DNA of 64,000 nt from Candidatus Cloacimonadales bacterium. Lineage in GTDB: Bacteria; Cloacimonadota; Cloacimonadia; Cloacimonadales; DAONDQ01. The notes below the pieces were generated by a model. That model had not been told where the DNA came from, made no database searches, and worked only from the letters and a program-made list of their open reading frames with translations. Shown piece by piece: positions 29,368-39,853 of the stretch (the stretch's first letter is position 1; every line of letters starts with the position of its first letter). Where the stretch lies: positions 1 to 64,000 of the forward strand of contig OY759316.1 in NCBI GenBank assembly GCA_963662275.1. Reading direction: 5' to 3'. Made by a program: the position numbers and the translations under genes.

Positions 29368-30756
29368 TTATTTTTGTTTCCATTCTGTGCCTTCTTTAGT
29401 GTCCATGAGTTCAATACCCTTTTCGATAAGATTCTTGCGGATTTGGTCTGCTGTTGCCCAGTCTTTTTCAGCTTTGGCTTTATTGCGGATTTGGATTTGA
29501 GCTTGGACAAAGGCATCTAAATCGCTGTCTATTGGTTTCGTATCAAAGGCATTCATATCTTGGAAGAAACCTAGGACAGAACCGAGTTTGTAGAGCAAAA
29601 GGGTAGATGCTTTTTTCTGATCAAATGATAGTTCATTACTGTGTGCTTTCTTATTTAGTTCAAAAAGAAGTGCAAGGGCTTTTGCGGTATTGAAATCATC
29701 ATCCATTGCTTCTCTGAACTCTGCCTCTGCCCAAGTTAGTTCTTCGCCAGTAGTAAGGGATTCAGTTTTGAAGTTTTCAAAATTGATATCTCTAAAAGTG
29801 TTATAGAAGTTTTTAACAGCTCTATCTGATTCTTCCAGGATTGCCCGATTAAAATCTATTGGACTGCGATAATGCTTTGAAAGGAAGAAAAAGCGAATGG
29901 CTTCAGCAGAATATTCCTCAAGTACTTCACGGGCAGTAAAGAAGTTATTCTCACTTTTCGACATCTTCTCACCTTCGATATTCAGGAAGCCGTTATGCAT
30001 CCAATAATTCGCAAGTGGTTTACCATTCAAGCTTTCAGCCTGAGCTATTTCGTTTTCATGATGCGGAAATACCAGGTCGATACCACCACCATGAATATCA
30101 AAAGTATCGCCTAAATTCTCTCGTGATAAAACAACGCACTCCGTATGCCACCCAGGTCTGCCCTCACCCCAAGGACTTTGCCAGACAGGTTCACCTGGCT
30201 TGGATTTTTTCCATAGCGTAAAATCACCCGGATGCTTTTTTTCCTTATTTTCTTCCACGCGAGATCCAGCTCTCTGCTCGTCTATTTTTTTGCCTGATAG
30301 TTTTCCATATCCAGGGAAGGATTCGACTGAGAAATATACATCCCCATTCATTTCGTAGGCATGACCGTTCTGAATGAGCTTCTCGATTAAAGTGACCATT
30401 TGCGGAACGACAGAAGTGGCTTTGGGCTGAATATCCGCTTGTGCAATACCCAGTTTAGCAAGGTCTTCGTAATATGCATTTATATATTTTTCACTGACAG
30501 CCTGAAAAGGAATCTCTTCCCGAATGGACTGAGCAATAATCTTATCTTCAATATCCGTAATATTCTGTACATAAGTCACCTGGTAACCAAGGTACTGAAA
30601 ATAATGACGGACAACATCGAAAAAGAGGAAAGGACGTGCATTACCAATATGAAAGTAATTATATACTGTAGGACCGCAGACATACATTTTAATTTTACCC
30701 GGTACTATAGGTATAAACTCTTCTTTTTTACCACTCATCGTATTATTGATCTTCAT
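29368..30756 (-). CDS. cysS: Cysteine--tRNA ligase
   Basis: CGPTVY, HIGN, GRPGWHTEC, HGGGIDLVFPHHENE, KMSKS. Confidence 0.97.
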   Translation of the reverse strand: MKINNTMSGKKEEFIPIVPGKIKMYVCGPTVYNYFHIGNARPFLFFDVVRHYFQYLGYQVTYVQNITDIEDKIIAQSIREEIPFQAVSEKYINAYYEDLAKLGIAQADIQPKATSVVPQMVTLIEKLIQNGHAYEMNGDVYFSVESFPGYGKLSGKKIDEQRAGSRVEENKEKKHPGDFTLWKKSKPGEPVWQSPWGEGRPGWHTECVVLSRENLGDTFDIHGGGIDLVFPHHENEIAQAESLNGKPLANYWMHNGFLNIEGEKMSKSENNFFTAREVLEEYSAEAIRFFFLSKHYRSPIDFNRAILEESDRAVKNFYNTFRDINFENFKTESLTTGEELTWAEAEFREAMDDDFNTAKALALLFELNKKAHSNELSFDQKKASTLLLYKLGSVLGFFQDMNAFDTKPIDSDLDAFVQAQIQIRNKAKAEKDWATADQIRKNLIEKGIELMDTKEGTEWKQK

Positions 30757-31318
30757 CGTGGTTCTCCTTTTCTTCTGGAATATCGGTAACTTTTAAAATA
30801 GAAACCATAGAAAGTTTACTTTTTTTATGATACATCAAAAATTTATTGTATTCATCTCTAATCTTTTCTGTAGGTGAATGCTCGATCACAATTATTCCAT
30901 CAGGTTGGATGATCTGTCTTTCAAATATCAATTCCAATGTAGGATTAATCAAATTTTTACTATACGGAGGATCGATAAAGATGGCATCGAATTTTTGATC
31001 AGTCTTTTTCAGAAAGACCGTAACCTTCTGACGGTGGATATGAATATCTTCACCACAGCGGAGATATTCCATATTTCTGACGATCGTTGTCAGGGCAGGT
31101 GTTGCCATTTCCACAAGATCTGCAAACTCAGCGCCACGGCTTAAGGCTTCAAAAGCAAGTGCCCCGGTACCGGCAAAGAGATCCAGGACATGCTGACCAG
31201 TAAAATCCTGGACTACAGAAAAGATTACTTCCCGCAGGAAATCCGTAGTTGGTCTTGTTGTAATTCCGGGTACAGAATAAAGAGAATGTTTCTTATATTT
31301 TCCAGCAATAATGCGCAT
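30743..31318 (-). CDS. rsmD: 16S rRNA m2G966 methyltransferase
   Basis: MRIIAG, RPTTD, LDLFAGTG, EALSRGA, DPPY. Confidence 0.93.
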   Translation of the reverse strand: MRIIAGKYKKHSLYSVPGITTRPTTDFLREVIFSVVQDFTGQHVLDLFAGTGALAFEALSRGAEFADLVEMATPALTTIVRNMEYLRCGEDIHIHRQKVTVFLKKTDQKFDAIFIDPPYSKNLINPTLELIFERQIIQPDGIIVIEHSPTEKIRDEYNKFLMYHKKSKLSMVSILKVTDIPEEKENHDEDQ

Positions 31319-31369
31319 AGTGCTTTACCTCATCTATCGTATCATCCATATGGACTCAGTTGAAGGTTA

Positions 31370-31416
31370 CCCAGGAATGAATTCCCAAGCTAATAGAGTA
31401 ACGTCCTGCGGACTTC
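31370..31416. repeat. REP-like element, family B
   Basis: CCCAGGAATGAATTCCCAAGCTAATAGAGTAACGTCCTGCGGACT is similar to 10786-10830. Confidence 0.75.
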
Positions 31417-31547
31417 AAAATCGCCACTCACCCTAAGGCTTTGGAGTTCAATTGCCCTAACTGATTATCAATGAATACATGACTAAAAGGGCAAATGGAC
31501 TTCAAGCAGAGAAAAATGAATTATAATCTTATTCCATACAAATATTC

Positions 31548-31573
31548 AGTAGGATCGGCATCCTACTCCACGT
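31548..31573. repeat. REP-like element, family C
   Basis: 26-bp identity to 10931-10956. Confidence 0.8.
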
Positions 31574-31589
31574 GTATATTCAGCATACT

Positions 31590-31763
31590 CTAATCTACTT
31601 TGTTTTTACTTTGTTTGAACTTAAATTCCAGTTGTATTTCCTTAGCATCGTAATGCGGACAGGCAACCAGTTTTGATTTTTCGACCTGTTTGCATTTCTT
31701 TCTGCAACGTGTGCATAATATATTGTATCTGGGAACATCTGTTTTTTTATGATTCATTGCCAT
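31590..31763 (-). CDS. Small Cys-rich protein, 57 aa (absent from the ORF track)
   Basis: MAMNHKKTDVPRYNILCTRCRKKCKQVEKSKLVACPHYDAKEIQLEFKFKQSKNKVD; overlaps the upstream stop; alternative start 31757. Confidence 0.7.
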   Translation of the reverse strand: MAMNHKKTDVPRYNILCTRCRKKCKQVEKSKLVACPHYDAKEIQLEFKFKQSKNKVD

Positions 31764-32373
31764 TCTCTAAACGAATATCCTGCCAGAATTCTATTAAATC
31801 TCTTATCTTTAATTCGGTGACTTTGCGTTCTTTTCCTACAAAAGCTTGGAAAAGATCAATTAGCTCAATAACCGACATATCATTAATGACTTTCTTTTCA
31901 GCTTTAGTCATTTCTTCCTGGAGATTTTCCTTGGCAGTGATGATATGGCGCATTACTTCTAGCTGATCAATACTGGATGCCGGTCTTTCTGAGAAATCAC
32001 TGATACCTTCACCTGGGATGGCAATTATGATATCATCTTCATCTTCAGCCAGAATATCGTCATCCATTGGTTTTAAAGATACCTGTGATCTTGCTTTTTC
32101 ATATGCTTCACAGATTTCAGCAGGAGCTATCCTGAATTTTACTTTCTCTTCAGGAGTAAATATCTGATCGATTAACGGTATATACTGAATATTTGATTCC
32201 AACAGAATTTTATGTAAAAGACGTTCTATCGCTTCGTCCACTTGTGGATCAGTATTTGTTTTCCTGATCAATTCATAGGCAGCAAGTGCATCCAATAATT
32301 GATTCTGATCCTCATACAAACGTGCTAACGTCCAAGTTGGCGGTAATACCTGTCGATTTCCGGACACTGTCAT
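31747..32373 (-). CDS. Hypothetical protein with an N-terminal TPR-like helix pair
   Basis: TLARLYEDQ...ALAAYE; lies in the comEA operon. Confidence 0.7.
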   Translation of the reverse strand: MTVSGNRQVLPPTWTLARLYEDQNQLLDALAAYELIRKTNTDPQVDEAIERLLHKILLESNIQYIPLIDQIFTPEEKVKFRIAPAEICEAYEKARSQVSLKPMDDDILAEDEDDIIIAIPGEGISDFSERPASSIDQLEVMRHIITAKENLQEEMTKAEKKVINDMSVIELIDLFQAFVGKERKVTELKIRDLIEFWQDIRLENGNES

Positions 32374-32376
32374 AAT

Positions 32377-32991
32377 CTAATCTCCCACAGTAATCAGGTC
32401 TTTTAGTTTCTCATACGTTTTAGGTCCGATCCCTTTTACATCCATAATCTGCTCAGTCGTTTGGAAACTGCTAATCTCATTTCGCTTATCCAATATAGCT
32501 TGTGCTTTCACAGGTCCAATTCCTGGTAACTGCATCAACTCATCAAGAGATGCTTCATTAATATTTACTTTTCCAGTAAATGGCGTTTTTCTGTCAACTT
32601 GTCTAATATTTAGAGTATCGATTTCTGCACCAAACCAAATCAGGTTCGGTTTGATTTTTACCATCAGCTTCGGTCCTATCCCCTTGATTTCCATTAAATC
32701 AATACAGCTTTTCAAGTCATGCGATTTTCGATACTCAAGGATATCGGTTGCTTTTTTTTCACCAATCCCGGGAAGACTCATTAAGTCTTCCTTACTAGCA
32801 GTTCGAATGTCCACCATGAGAACGTGTTCAGTTTTTACTTCAGACTTCAAACTGTCAGCAACAGAATCAGTTACGGCATGCGTATTCTTCCTTCCTGAAC
32901 CTACGGACAAACCCAAGATAAGAAATAAACACAGAAAAAGCAACATTCTTTGTTCCTGGTCTGTCAAGAAGTCCTTCAAGTAATTTCGCAT
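32377..32991 (-). CDS. comEA: ComEA-family DNA-binding protein with two HhH domains
   Basis: LPGIG and KGIGPK repeated twice; N-terminal TM; GGAGG SD. Confidence 0.85.
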   Translation of the reverse strand: MRNYLKDFLTDQEQRMLLFLCLFLILGLSVGSGRKNTHAVTDSVADSLKSEVKTEHVLMVDIRTASKEDLMSLPGIGEKKATDILEYRKSHDLKSCIDLMEIKGIGPKLMVKIKPNLIWFGAEIDTLNIRQVDRKTPFTGKVNINEASLDELMQLPGIGPVKAQAILDKRNEISSFQTTEQIMDVKGIGPKTYEKLKDLITVGD

Positions 32992-33058
32992 AAGCCCTCC
33001 CACTAAATTAACTCGAGAATCATTTATATTTTGACAATCTTCTTAACTCTGCTAAAAA

Positions 33059-33361
33059 TTGGCAAAGAATATTTCAGAAAGGCAGAAAATGAGACCAATA
33101 GAACAGAAAATACTCCACAAGATAAATGATAAAAGTGCATCATATGATGATATCCTCGAGTGGATTGATGCGATATCAACGCAGGAAATGAAAAAGAGTT
33201 TCCCTGATGATTGCCACTTTCAATCTGCTAAGTATTTTGCCAAGATCATCGTTGATAATTTGTTAAGAAATAAATTAATTGTCCGTGAAGGCAACAGATT
33301 TAGCGTACCTAAAAAGGAAAATGAGAAAAGCCCGGAAAAAGCTGATCCGGACAAAGGATAA
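33059..33361 (+). CDS. Small hypothetical protein, possibly winged-helix
   Basis: ORF directly upstream of the M3 peptidase; start may be ATG 33089. Confidence 0.5.
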   Translation: MAKNISERQKMRPIEQKILHKINDKSASYDDILEWIDAISTQEMKKSFPDDCHFQSAKYFAKIIVDNLLRNKLIVREGNRFSVPKKENEKSPEKADPDKG

Positions 33362-33365
33362 AAAA

Positions 33366-35081
33366 ATGCATTTAACAACTGAAAAGATCCAGCCAATTCC
33401 CCGAAAATACTATTCACTTGATCTTGATATCACAAATTGGGAAAATGTGGAAAAAGAGTTCACAAAGCTACTTGAACTACCTTTGAATTCTCCTGATGAT
33501 CTTATTCACTTACTCGAACAGGCTACAGAATTGGGTCTTATCATTGGAGATGAGCTGAGCTGGCGTTACATTCGCATGACGCTAAATGCTGATGATGAAA
33601 CTTACGAACAGAACTATACTACTTATTACGCCAGCATCTATTCAAAGGTGCTTCCCTATAATTTTGAGATTCAGAAGATGTTCTATAACAGTCCTTATCG
33701 AAAGCAACTTAATCCTGAAGTCTATGGTCATTTAAATCAAATTATCTCGAATTACATTGAGTTGTTCCGGGAAGAAAACATACCGCTGAAGGTACAGGAA
33801 GCGGAACTGAATAATAAATACGGTTCAATTTATGGAAAAATGACAGCCGTGTTTGATGGACAAGAGCGTACTATGGCTCAAATTGGAACCTATCTCAAAA
33901 ATCCTGATCGTAAAATTCGAGAAGAAGCATGGAGACTTAGATTTAAAAAACTTCAGGAAAACAGTAAAGACTTTGACCAGTTGTTTGATGAGCTGAAGGG
34001 AATCCGTATGCAAATGGCAAAAAATGCTGGTTTTGATAATTATCGTGACTATATGCATCGGAATATGGGACGTTTTGCCTATACACCCCAGGATTTGATG
34101 AATTTCCACGATGCTGTAGAGAAAACAGTTTTGCCTTTCCTTAAAGAACAAACAAAACACCGACAGGAAATTCTTAGGCTGGAAAGTGTTCGTCCCTGGG
34201 ATACTTCTGTAGACTTGGATGGTAAGGTTCTAAAGCCCTTTGAAACAACAGATGAATTTGTCATCAAGGCAATTCGTATCTTGGAAAAAGTTTATCCCGA
34301 ATATGCTGATCAACTGCAAAAAATGCAGAATACAGGTCTACTTGACTTAGAGAATCGAAAAGGGAAAGCCCCCGGAGGTTATAATAATGGTCTCAATGAA
34401 CTCGGTTCTTCCTTTATCTTTATGAATGCTGTAAAAATGCACCGAGATGTTGTGACTCTCCTGCACGAAGCTGGGCATGCTATGCATTCAATGTCAATGC
34501 CGCACATTAGTATTGAGTATTATCGAGAAACTCCATCAGAGGTGGCTGAACTGGCTTCCATGTCGATGGAATTATTGACGATGGATTACTGGGATGAATA
34601 TTACAAGGATGCAGATGATTTGAAGAAAGCAAAGCGAGACCAATTGGAAGGAACCCTCGCCTTCCTGCCTTGGTGTATGATCGTTGATGCGTTTCAACAA
34701 TGGATGTACACGCATCCGGAACATACGGTTGAAGAAAGATATGATTATTTTATGACCCTGTCAGAAAGATTTGGGACCGGTGTGGATTGGTCAGGATTAG
34801 AAGAGTTAAGAAAGATTTCATGGATGTTCCAATTGCATATATTTGAAGTACCATTCTATTACATAGAATATGGTATGGCGCAGCTCGGAGCACTGGCAAT
34901 CTATAAAAACTATAAACAGAATGGGAAGAAAGCTATTCAGGCTTATCAGGATTTCCTTGACTTAGGATATACAAAACCTGTAGATGAATTATATCGTGCT
35001 GCTGGGATAAAATTCGATTTCTCCAATCAATATCTTTCTGAATTGGTTGATTTCGTAAAACAGGAATTGGATCAATTGTAG
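33366..35081 (+). CDS. M3 family oligoendopeptidase F
   Basis: HEAGH, GKAPGGY, EVAELASM, HIFEVPFYYIEY. Confidence 0.92.
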   Translation: MHLTTEKIQPIPRKYYSLDLDITNWENVEKEFTKLLELPLNSPDDLIHLLEQATELGLIIGDELSWRYIRMTLNADDETYEQNYTTYYASIYSKVLPYNFEIQKMFYNSPYRKQLNPEVYGHLNQIISNYIELFREENIPLKVQEAELNNKYGSIYGKMTAVFDGQERTMAQIGTYLKNPDRKIREEAWRLRFKKLQENSKDFDQLFDELKGIRMQMAKNAGFDNYRDYMHRNMGRFAYTPQDLMNFHDAVEKTVLPFLKEQTKHRQEILRLESVRPWDTSVDLDGKVLKPFETTDEFVIKAIRILEKVYPEYADQLQKMQNTGLLDLENRKGKAPGGYNNGLNELGSSFIFMNAVKMHRDVVTLLHEAGHAMHSMSMPHISIEYYRETPSEVAELASMSMELLTMDYWDEYYKDADDLKKAKRDQLEGTLAFLPWCMIVDAFQQWMYTHPEHTVEERYDYFMTLSERFGTGVDWSGLEELRKISWMFQLHIFEVPFYYIEYGMAQLGALAIYKNYKQNGKKAIQAYQDFLDLGYTKPVDELYRAAGIKFDFSNQYLSELVDFVKQELDQL

Positions 35082-35155
35082 GGATAGACCTATGTGTCTA
35101 TCCTCTGGAAAGTTATGATTCGTTGTTTGGATAGACAAAAAGGTCTATCCCTACA
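35077..35155. repeat. REPIN-like inverted doublet with GTAG ends
   Basis: TGTAGGGATAGACCT ... AGGTCTATCCCTACA; each arm is itself a hairpin. Confidence 0.8.
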
Positions 35156-35172
35156 TTAAATGGAGGATTATC

Positions 35173-35727
35173 ATGAATACTGTTCAAAGCGATTATCTTC
35201 TGAAATTAGCGCGATCCAGTATCTTATCTTACTTGGAAAGCGGTAGGCAAAATGTTCCTCCTAAACCTGAAGATCCTATGCTGTTAGATGAAAGAGCTGT
35301 TTTTATCACTTTGACAAAAAATGGCAGCTTAAGAGGCTGCATCGGTCATTTAAGGGCTCGGGAACCACTTTACAAAGCTGTTGCTGAAATGGCTATTGCG
35401 GCAGCAGTTGATGATAGTCGTTTTTCACGAGTAACGAAACATGAATTAGAGCAGTTAAAGATTTCTATTTCCATTCTGTCTCCATTAAGTCGGATTCATG
35501 ACTGGCAACAGATACGTCTGGAAATTGATGGTGTTTGGGTGATAAAAGGTTACCAGAATGGCGTTTTCCTTCCCCAGGTTGCCACTGAAACTGGTTGGGA
35601 TCTAGAAACTTTCCTTCAACACTTATGCAGAGATAAAGCCGGATTATCTGCAAATGCATATCAAGATAAAGATACCGAAATCTATATTTTTCAAGTGGAA
35701 AAGATCGAAGATGCCCCAGATCTTTGA
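35173..35727 (+). CDS. amrA: AMMECR1 / AmmeMemoRadiSam system protein A
   Basis: LRGCIG, FLPQVA, LCRDKAGL. Confidence 0.88.
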   Translation: MNTVQSDYLLKLARSSILSYLESGRQNVPPKPEDPMLLDERAVFITLTKNGSLRGCIGHLRAREPLYKAVAEMAIAAAVDDSRFSRVTKHELEQLKISISILSPLSRIHDWQQIRLEIDGVWVIKGYQNGVFLPQVATETGWDLETFLQHLCRDKAGLSANAYQDKDTEIYIFQVEKIEDAPDL

Positions 35728-35781
35728 ATTAGTAGATGCTTAAATACTTCAAAATCATGAATTAAAAAAATAGGAGGCTCA

Positions 35782-36885
35782 ATGAAAACAAAACTCATCA
35801 TTCTCATTCTTACCTTATGCGCCATGCTATCTCTCTTGAATGCAACTGATGATCTACAGACAACAATGTCTAAACTATCAGGTACTGCTGGGAAAAGCTA
35901 TGTTGATCCATTTGCACAGTCTATGATGGTTGATTTCAACGGGGGTTGGTTTCATAAGGTACCTAAGTCCAAATTTTTAGGCTTGGATTTGGAATTTGGT
36001 TTTGTTGGTATGGGTACATTCTTCAACAGTGATCAAAAAACATTTCAAACTGACAATGCTTCATTCCGTTTTACTGATGCGCAGGCTGAAGAGCTTATTG
36101 CAGGAGTTACTTATCCTGCATCTGCTCATGATCAGTTGATTGATCAGATCACAGGGCAAGACTTTTTTGTCAATTTTTCCGGTCCGACAATCATTGGTAA
36201 AGAATACGATGCAGTTACTGGTGAAAACTCCATTAATGTTAACTTTCAAGGTACAGTAATTCCTGTATCAACAGTAGGCGGTTCTCAAGATATTACGATT
36301 CCTGCAAAGAGTGTTCCTTTGAAAATCGGTGGTATTTTAAGTGATCTACCCGCGATGCCTTTAGCTGCTCCACAACTGACATTAGGTACTATTGCTGGAA
36401 CGCAGCTTTCTTTTAGATATTTACCCGAAATGACGACAACCGATCAAATTGGTAACATTAAATATTCCGGTTTCGGTATCCAGCACAATCCAATGTATTG
36501 GTCTCCGATCAAGATTCCTGTAGATGTAGCATTAGCGTTTTTCACTCAAAACCTGAAAGTGGGAGAAATAGCAGAGATTAGTGGATCCACAATCGGAATA
36601 AACGTAGCAAAGACTTTTGGTGCGAAATTGCTCAGTGTAACTCCATATGGTGGACTTGCTTCTGAATCGGCAAAAGTGAAATTCCACTACAATTATGTCC
36701 CTGAAGTTGCAAGTGGATCAACCGCCGTTCCTGTTAAAGTTGCCTTTGATATTAAGGGGGAAAATACCACAAGAGCAACATTAGGTTTGAGTTTTAGATT
36801 AGCAATTATCAATCTGAATTTCGATTACAACCTAGGTAAATACTCGTCTGGTACATTTGGATTTATGTTCAATTTTAGTTGGTAA
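35782..36885 (+). CDS. Putative outer-membrane protein
   Basis: Signal peptide, C-terminal beta-strands ending in FMFNFSW. Confidence 0.7.
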   Translation: MKTKLIILILTLCAMLSLLNATDDLQTTMSKLSGTAGKSYVDPFAQSMMVDFNGGWFHKVPKSKFLGLDLEFGFVGMGTFFNSDQKTFQTDNASFRFTDAQAEELIAGVTYPASAHDQLIDQITGQDFFVNFSGPTIIGKEYDAVTGENSINVNFQGTVIPVSTVGGSQDITIPAKSVPLKIGGILSDLPAMPLAAPQLTLGTIAGTQLSFRYLPEMTTTDQIGNIKYSGFGIQHNPMYWSPIKIPVDVALAFFTQNLKVGEIAEISGSTIGINVAKTFGAKLLSVTPYGGLASESAKVKFHYNYVPEVASGSTAVPVKVAFDIKGENTTRATLGLSFRLAIINLNFDYNLGKYSSGTFGFMFNFSW

Positions 36886-36900
36886 TATATAAATCAAATA

Positions 36901-36927
36901 AAAACCCCACTGCATGGTGGGGTTTTT
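36901..36927 (+). terminator. Intrinsic terminator
   Basis: AAAACCCCAC-tgcatg-GTGGGGTTTTT. Confidence 0.8.
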
Positions 36928-36960
36928 GATAACTAGAAATTTCAAAGGCATTACTATATC

Positions 36961-36999
36961 AAAAAAAAAGACTGCCAGAGGATTAACTGACAGCCTTTT
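36961..36999 (-). terminator. Minus-strand intrinsic terminator
   Basis: On the minus strand: AAGGCTGTCAG-loop-CTGGCAGTC followed by T9. Confidence 0.65.
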
Positions 37000-37453
37000 G
37001 AGATTTATGAGGAATGTTTATTATTTCAGTCTTTATTTTTATGCACATCCACAAAATGAAACACAGAGATTTGTTTCAATACTGTGATTAATAAGCAGGA
37101 CTTGACCCATCGGTAAGGAAATTTGTAACTAATTGTGTTAATGGAAGATGTGTATATATTACATAAAATATAATGGCAAATTATACTACTAGGATTAGTT
37201 GTGAAAAGACATTATTCTATCCGTTTTTGTAACTTAATTTAGCTCTTAGCGTTGACTGCCTGAGAACATTCTTATTGAAGGAATATGCCGTTTTGTTTGA
37301 TTTAATGATATTCAAGCGGGATTGCATTTGATAGCTTATTCTAGTCTTTGAATTTCCCCAAGCTATGTTTTATGAGTAGGCAATTTGTACACCCCAAAAA
37401 GCCATTTATGGCAAATAATACATCAGGAATTATGTAACGAAGATCTATAATAC

Positions 37454-38806
37454 TCAATGTTTCGAAACATATGCCTGCATATCGAATTTACGTTCTAAAC
37501 CGGAAGAAGTCATCGTCCGAACAGTTCCAAAGATAGGTCTTGTTGCCCAGGGTCTGTCATGTTTACCGAAACACCAGGCGATACCGGCAAAGCTATTGGG
37601 GTCACGACCATCCATTTGATACTTGTTGTTCAGATAGAGAGAGAACTCATAGGCACTCATCGGATCAGGTATCCATTCCAATATCTTCTTTCCCCAGTAC
37701 ATACGCATATAGTTGTGTATCGTACCGGCATTCACCATTTCCCGTTGAGCTGCATTCCAATAAGGATCATGGGTATCAGCATTTTCCAGTTGTTCATAGG
37801 AATATGTGACTATCCTGCAATCTCCTGCATGATCAAGTAAGGTTTTATAAGCCCAGGAAGGAAGGTTGTCAAAGGTGTCATAATGCTTATTAAACCAGCA
37901 AAAGTTCAAGCTGAGTTCGCGCCTCACGATCAGTTCTTCCAGGAAAACAGCTTTTGCTTCCTCGCTGAACTCTGATTTGATCACTTGTTTTGCAATGAAG
38001 ATGGGTGAGATTTGTCCAAAATGAAGATAGGGACTTAAGCCTGATGTAGCATCCAAATCAGGGTGATTGCGATCCCAATCATATCTTTCAAGTTTATTCT
38101 GAATGAAATCATTCAATTTGCGAATCGCTACTGAAGTTCCACCTTTCATTTCTTTCCCCCGTGAAGGATATGCAGATATCTTCATACTTTCTAATAAATT
38201 ATCAATATCCGAAATATCTATTCCCTTCGGGAGTGATGAGATTTGCTGATTCAGAACTAATCTTGCTTCAGGAAGTTTATCTTCCGTAAGGAATTGATCC
38301 AGCAAACGATGAATCTTAGGTCTGAGGGTCCTGGCAGCATACTCCTGGTGATCAGATACTGTTTCCACAGGAATAATAGAATCAGTCTCAATTTCAATCA
38401 TGGAACAATCAATAACATCTGCAATGTCATAACGCCATTTACGTTGGATACGTAAGTATCCGCGATCTGTGATCAAACAGGCTGCTGCTTTTGCTAAGTG
38501 GGGTATTTCTACTGTTGGATCACCCATATATATATTGAAGCTCAGTGCCATTTTCCGGCATTGTTTGACCAGTTCTTGAAGTCCTTCCAGCATAAAAGCA
38601 TAGTGTCTGGCAGTTGCCTCGGGAAATGATGGTGCCAGGATAAAACATATCTCTAATGGTATTTGCAGTCGGTTTGCTTCATCAATGGAATAATTCAGGG
38701 CAAGATTTGATTCAATGCGTTGTGCTTGCTGCATCCAGTATAGCACAAATGTGTCGGGCAGAATGGGTTTATCATTCAGGATGTGGATTCTTTCAGATTT
38801 AATCAT
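37454..38806 (-). CDS. phr: Class II CPD photolyase
   Basis: VLYWM, SGLSPYLHFGQIS, EELIVRREL, THDPYWNAAQ, YMRMYWGKKILEW, DGRDPN. Confidence 0.93.
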   Translation of the reverse strand: MIKSERIHILNDKPILPDTFVLYWMQQAQRIESNLALNYSIDEANRLQIPLEICFILAPSFPEATARHYAFMLEGLQELVKQCRKMALSFNIYMGDPTVEIPHLAKAAACLITDRGYLRIQRKWRYDIADVIDCSMIEIETDSIIPVETVSDHQEYAARTLRPKIHRLLDQFLTEDKLPEARLVLNQQISSLPKGIDISDIDNLLESMKISAYPSRGKEMKGGTSVAIRKLNDFIQNKLERYDWDRNHPDLDATSGLSPYLHFGQISPIFIAKQVIKSEFSEEAKAVFLEELIVRRELSLNFCWFNKHYDTFDNLPSWAYKTLLDHAGDCRIVTYSYEQLENADTHDPYWNAAQREMVNAGTIHNYMRMYWGKKILEWIPDPMSAYEFSLYLNNKYQMDGRDPNSFAGIAWCFGKHDRPWATRPIFGTVRTMTSSGLERKFDMQAYVSKH

Positions 38807-38814
38807 TTCAGTCT

Positions 38815-39825
38815 CTATTTGACTTCAAGCATGTGGAATACAGGAGATATTTCACCAACTATGAGGTTGTCATCATTCAGATTATGACAGTGATGAAATG
38901 AGGAAAGTTTTTCAAATTCAGATGAAGACAGAAGATTCAAATCATGCAATATCTGCATTGCTGCCAGTGGAATCATGTCAAGAGAACCATCTTCAATTTT
39001 TAAAGCGATTGCAATTTGAGGTTTTCTGATTCCGATACAATAAATACCTTTAGCACCAATTTTCCCTATCATTCTTCCATTGGTTACAGCCATCAGGGAA
39101 GTACAGAACCCTCCAGTACCTGCTACCATTTCAGGGTGGGTATTCATGGTATTGAATATCCTGTTTGCTGCATCCCGGTATTGAATTGGCAGAAAGTCAG
39201 GATTCGCAAGGTTCATAAAACCAATTGCCATGTTATATATTGGCATTCCAAAGACAGGTACTGAACAGCCATCAATACCAATTTCAATCCGGTTTGAAGG
39301 ATATTCGCAGACATCTCCGATGAGTGTCAGTATTTCTTTTTGCAGAGGATGTGATGGATCGATGTAATTGTGAATCGGATAACCCTTATAGACACATACA
39401 GCTAGCATACCTGAATGCTTCCCTGTGCAGTCACTGAATTTACGATCAGGTTTATATCCAAGACGAGTATGCTTTTCAGCTACTTCAGGCTTAAGAGACA
39501 TCGCAGGTCCGCATAGAAGCGCACTTTCATCAAGACCGATTTTATACAGAATGGAGCTCACGGTTTCCATATGAAAATCTTCTGCATAATGAGAAGAGCA
39601 CATGACAGATAATTCCTTCTCTGAAAAGTGAAAATGATCTGCAGCTCCGGATAGGATAACTTGCATGGCTTGAATGGGTTTGGCAGCAGACCTTAAATAT
39701 GTATATTTATGGATATCGCCACAGGAAGCGATAACCTCATTTCTTGGTTTGATAACAACAGCATCACCGCGATAAATCGCTTCGACTACATTTCCACGTG
39801 TTTCATGAATGAAAATTTCAGACAT
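38815..39825 (-). CDS. Asparaginase II (rhizobial AnsA-like) family protein
   Basis: RSAAKPIQ, SSH, CTGKHSGM, DGCSVP, KIGAKG, KIEDG. Confidence 0.85.
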   Translation of the reverse strand: MSEIFIHETRGNVVEAIYRGDAVVIKPRNEVIASCGDIHKYTYLRSAAKPIQAMQVILSGAADHFHFSEKELSVMCSSHYAEDFHMETVSSILYKIGLDESALLCGPAMSLKPEVAEKHTRLGYKPDRKFSDCTGKHSGMLAVCVYKGYPIHNYIDPSHPLQKEILTLIGDVCEYPSNRIEIGIDGCSVPVFGMPIYNMAIGFMNLANPDFLPIQYRDAANRIFNTMNTHPEMVAGTGGFCTSLMAVTNGRMIGKIGAKGIYCIGIRKPQIAIALKIEDGSLDMIPLAAMQILHDLNLLSSSEFEKLSSFHHCHNLNDDNLIVGEISPVFHMLEVK

Positions 39826-39853
39826 TTATACCTCCAGATTGGTGAAGAAGGGA

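Noticed and set aside
35173..35727. Complete AmmeMemoRadiSam system
   Set aside because: Memo-like and cognate radical SAM genes are not adjacent; the radical SAM at 56318 looks like a different family
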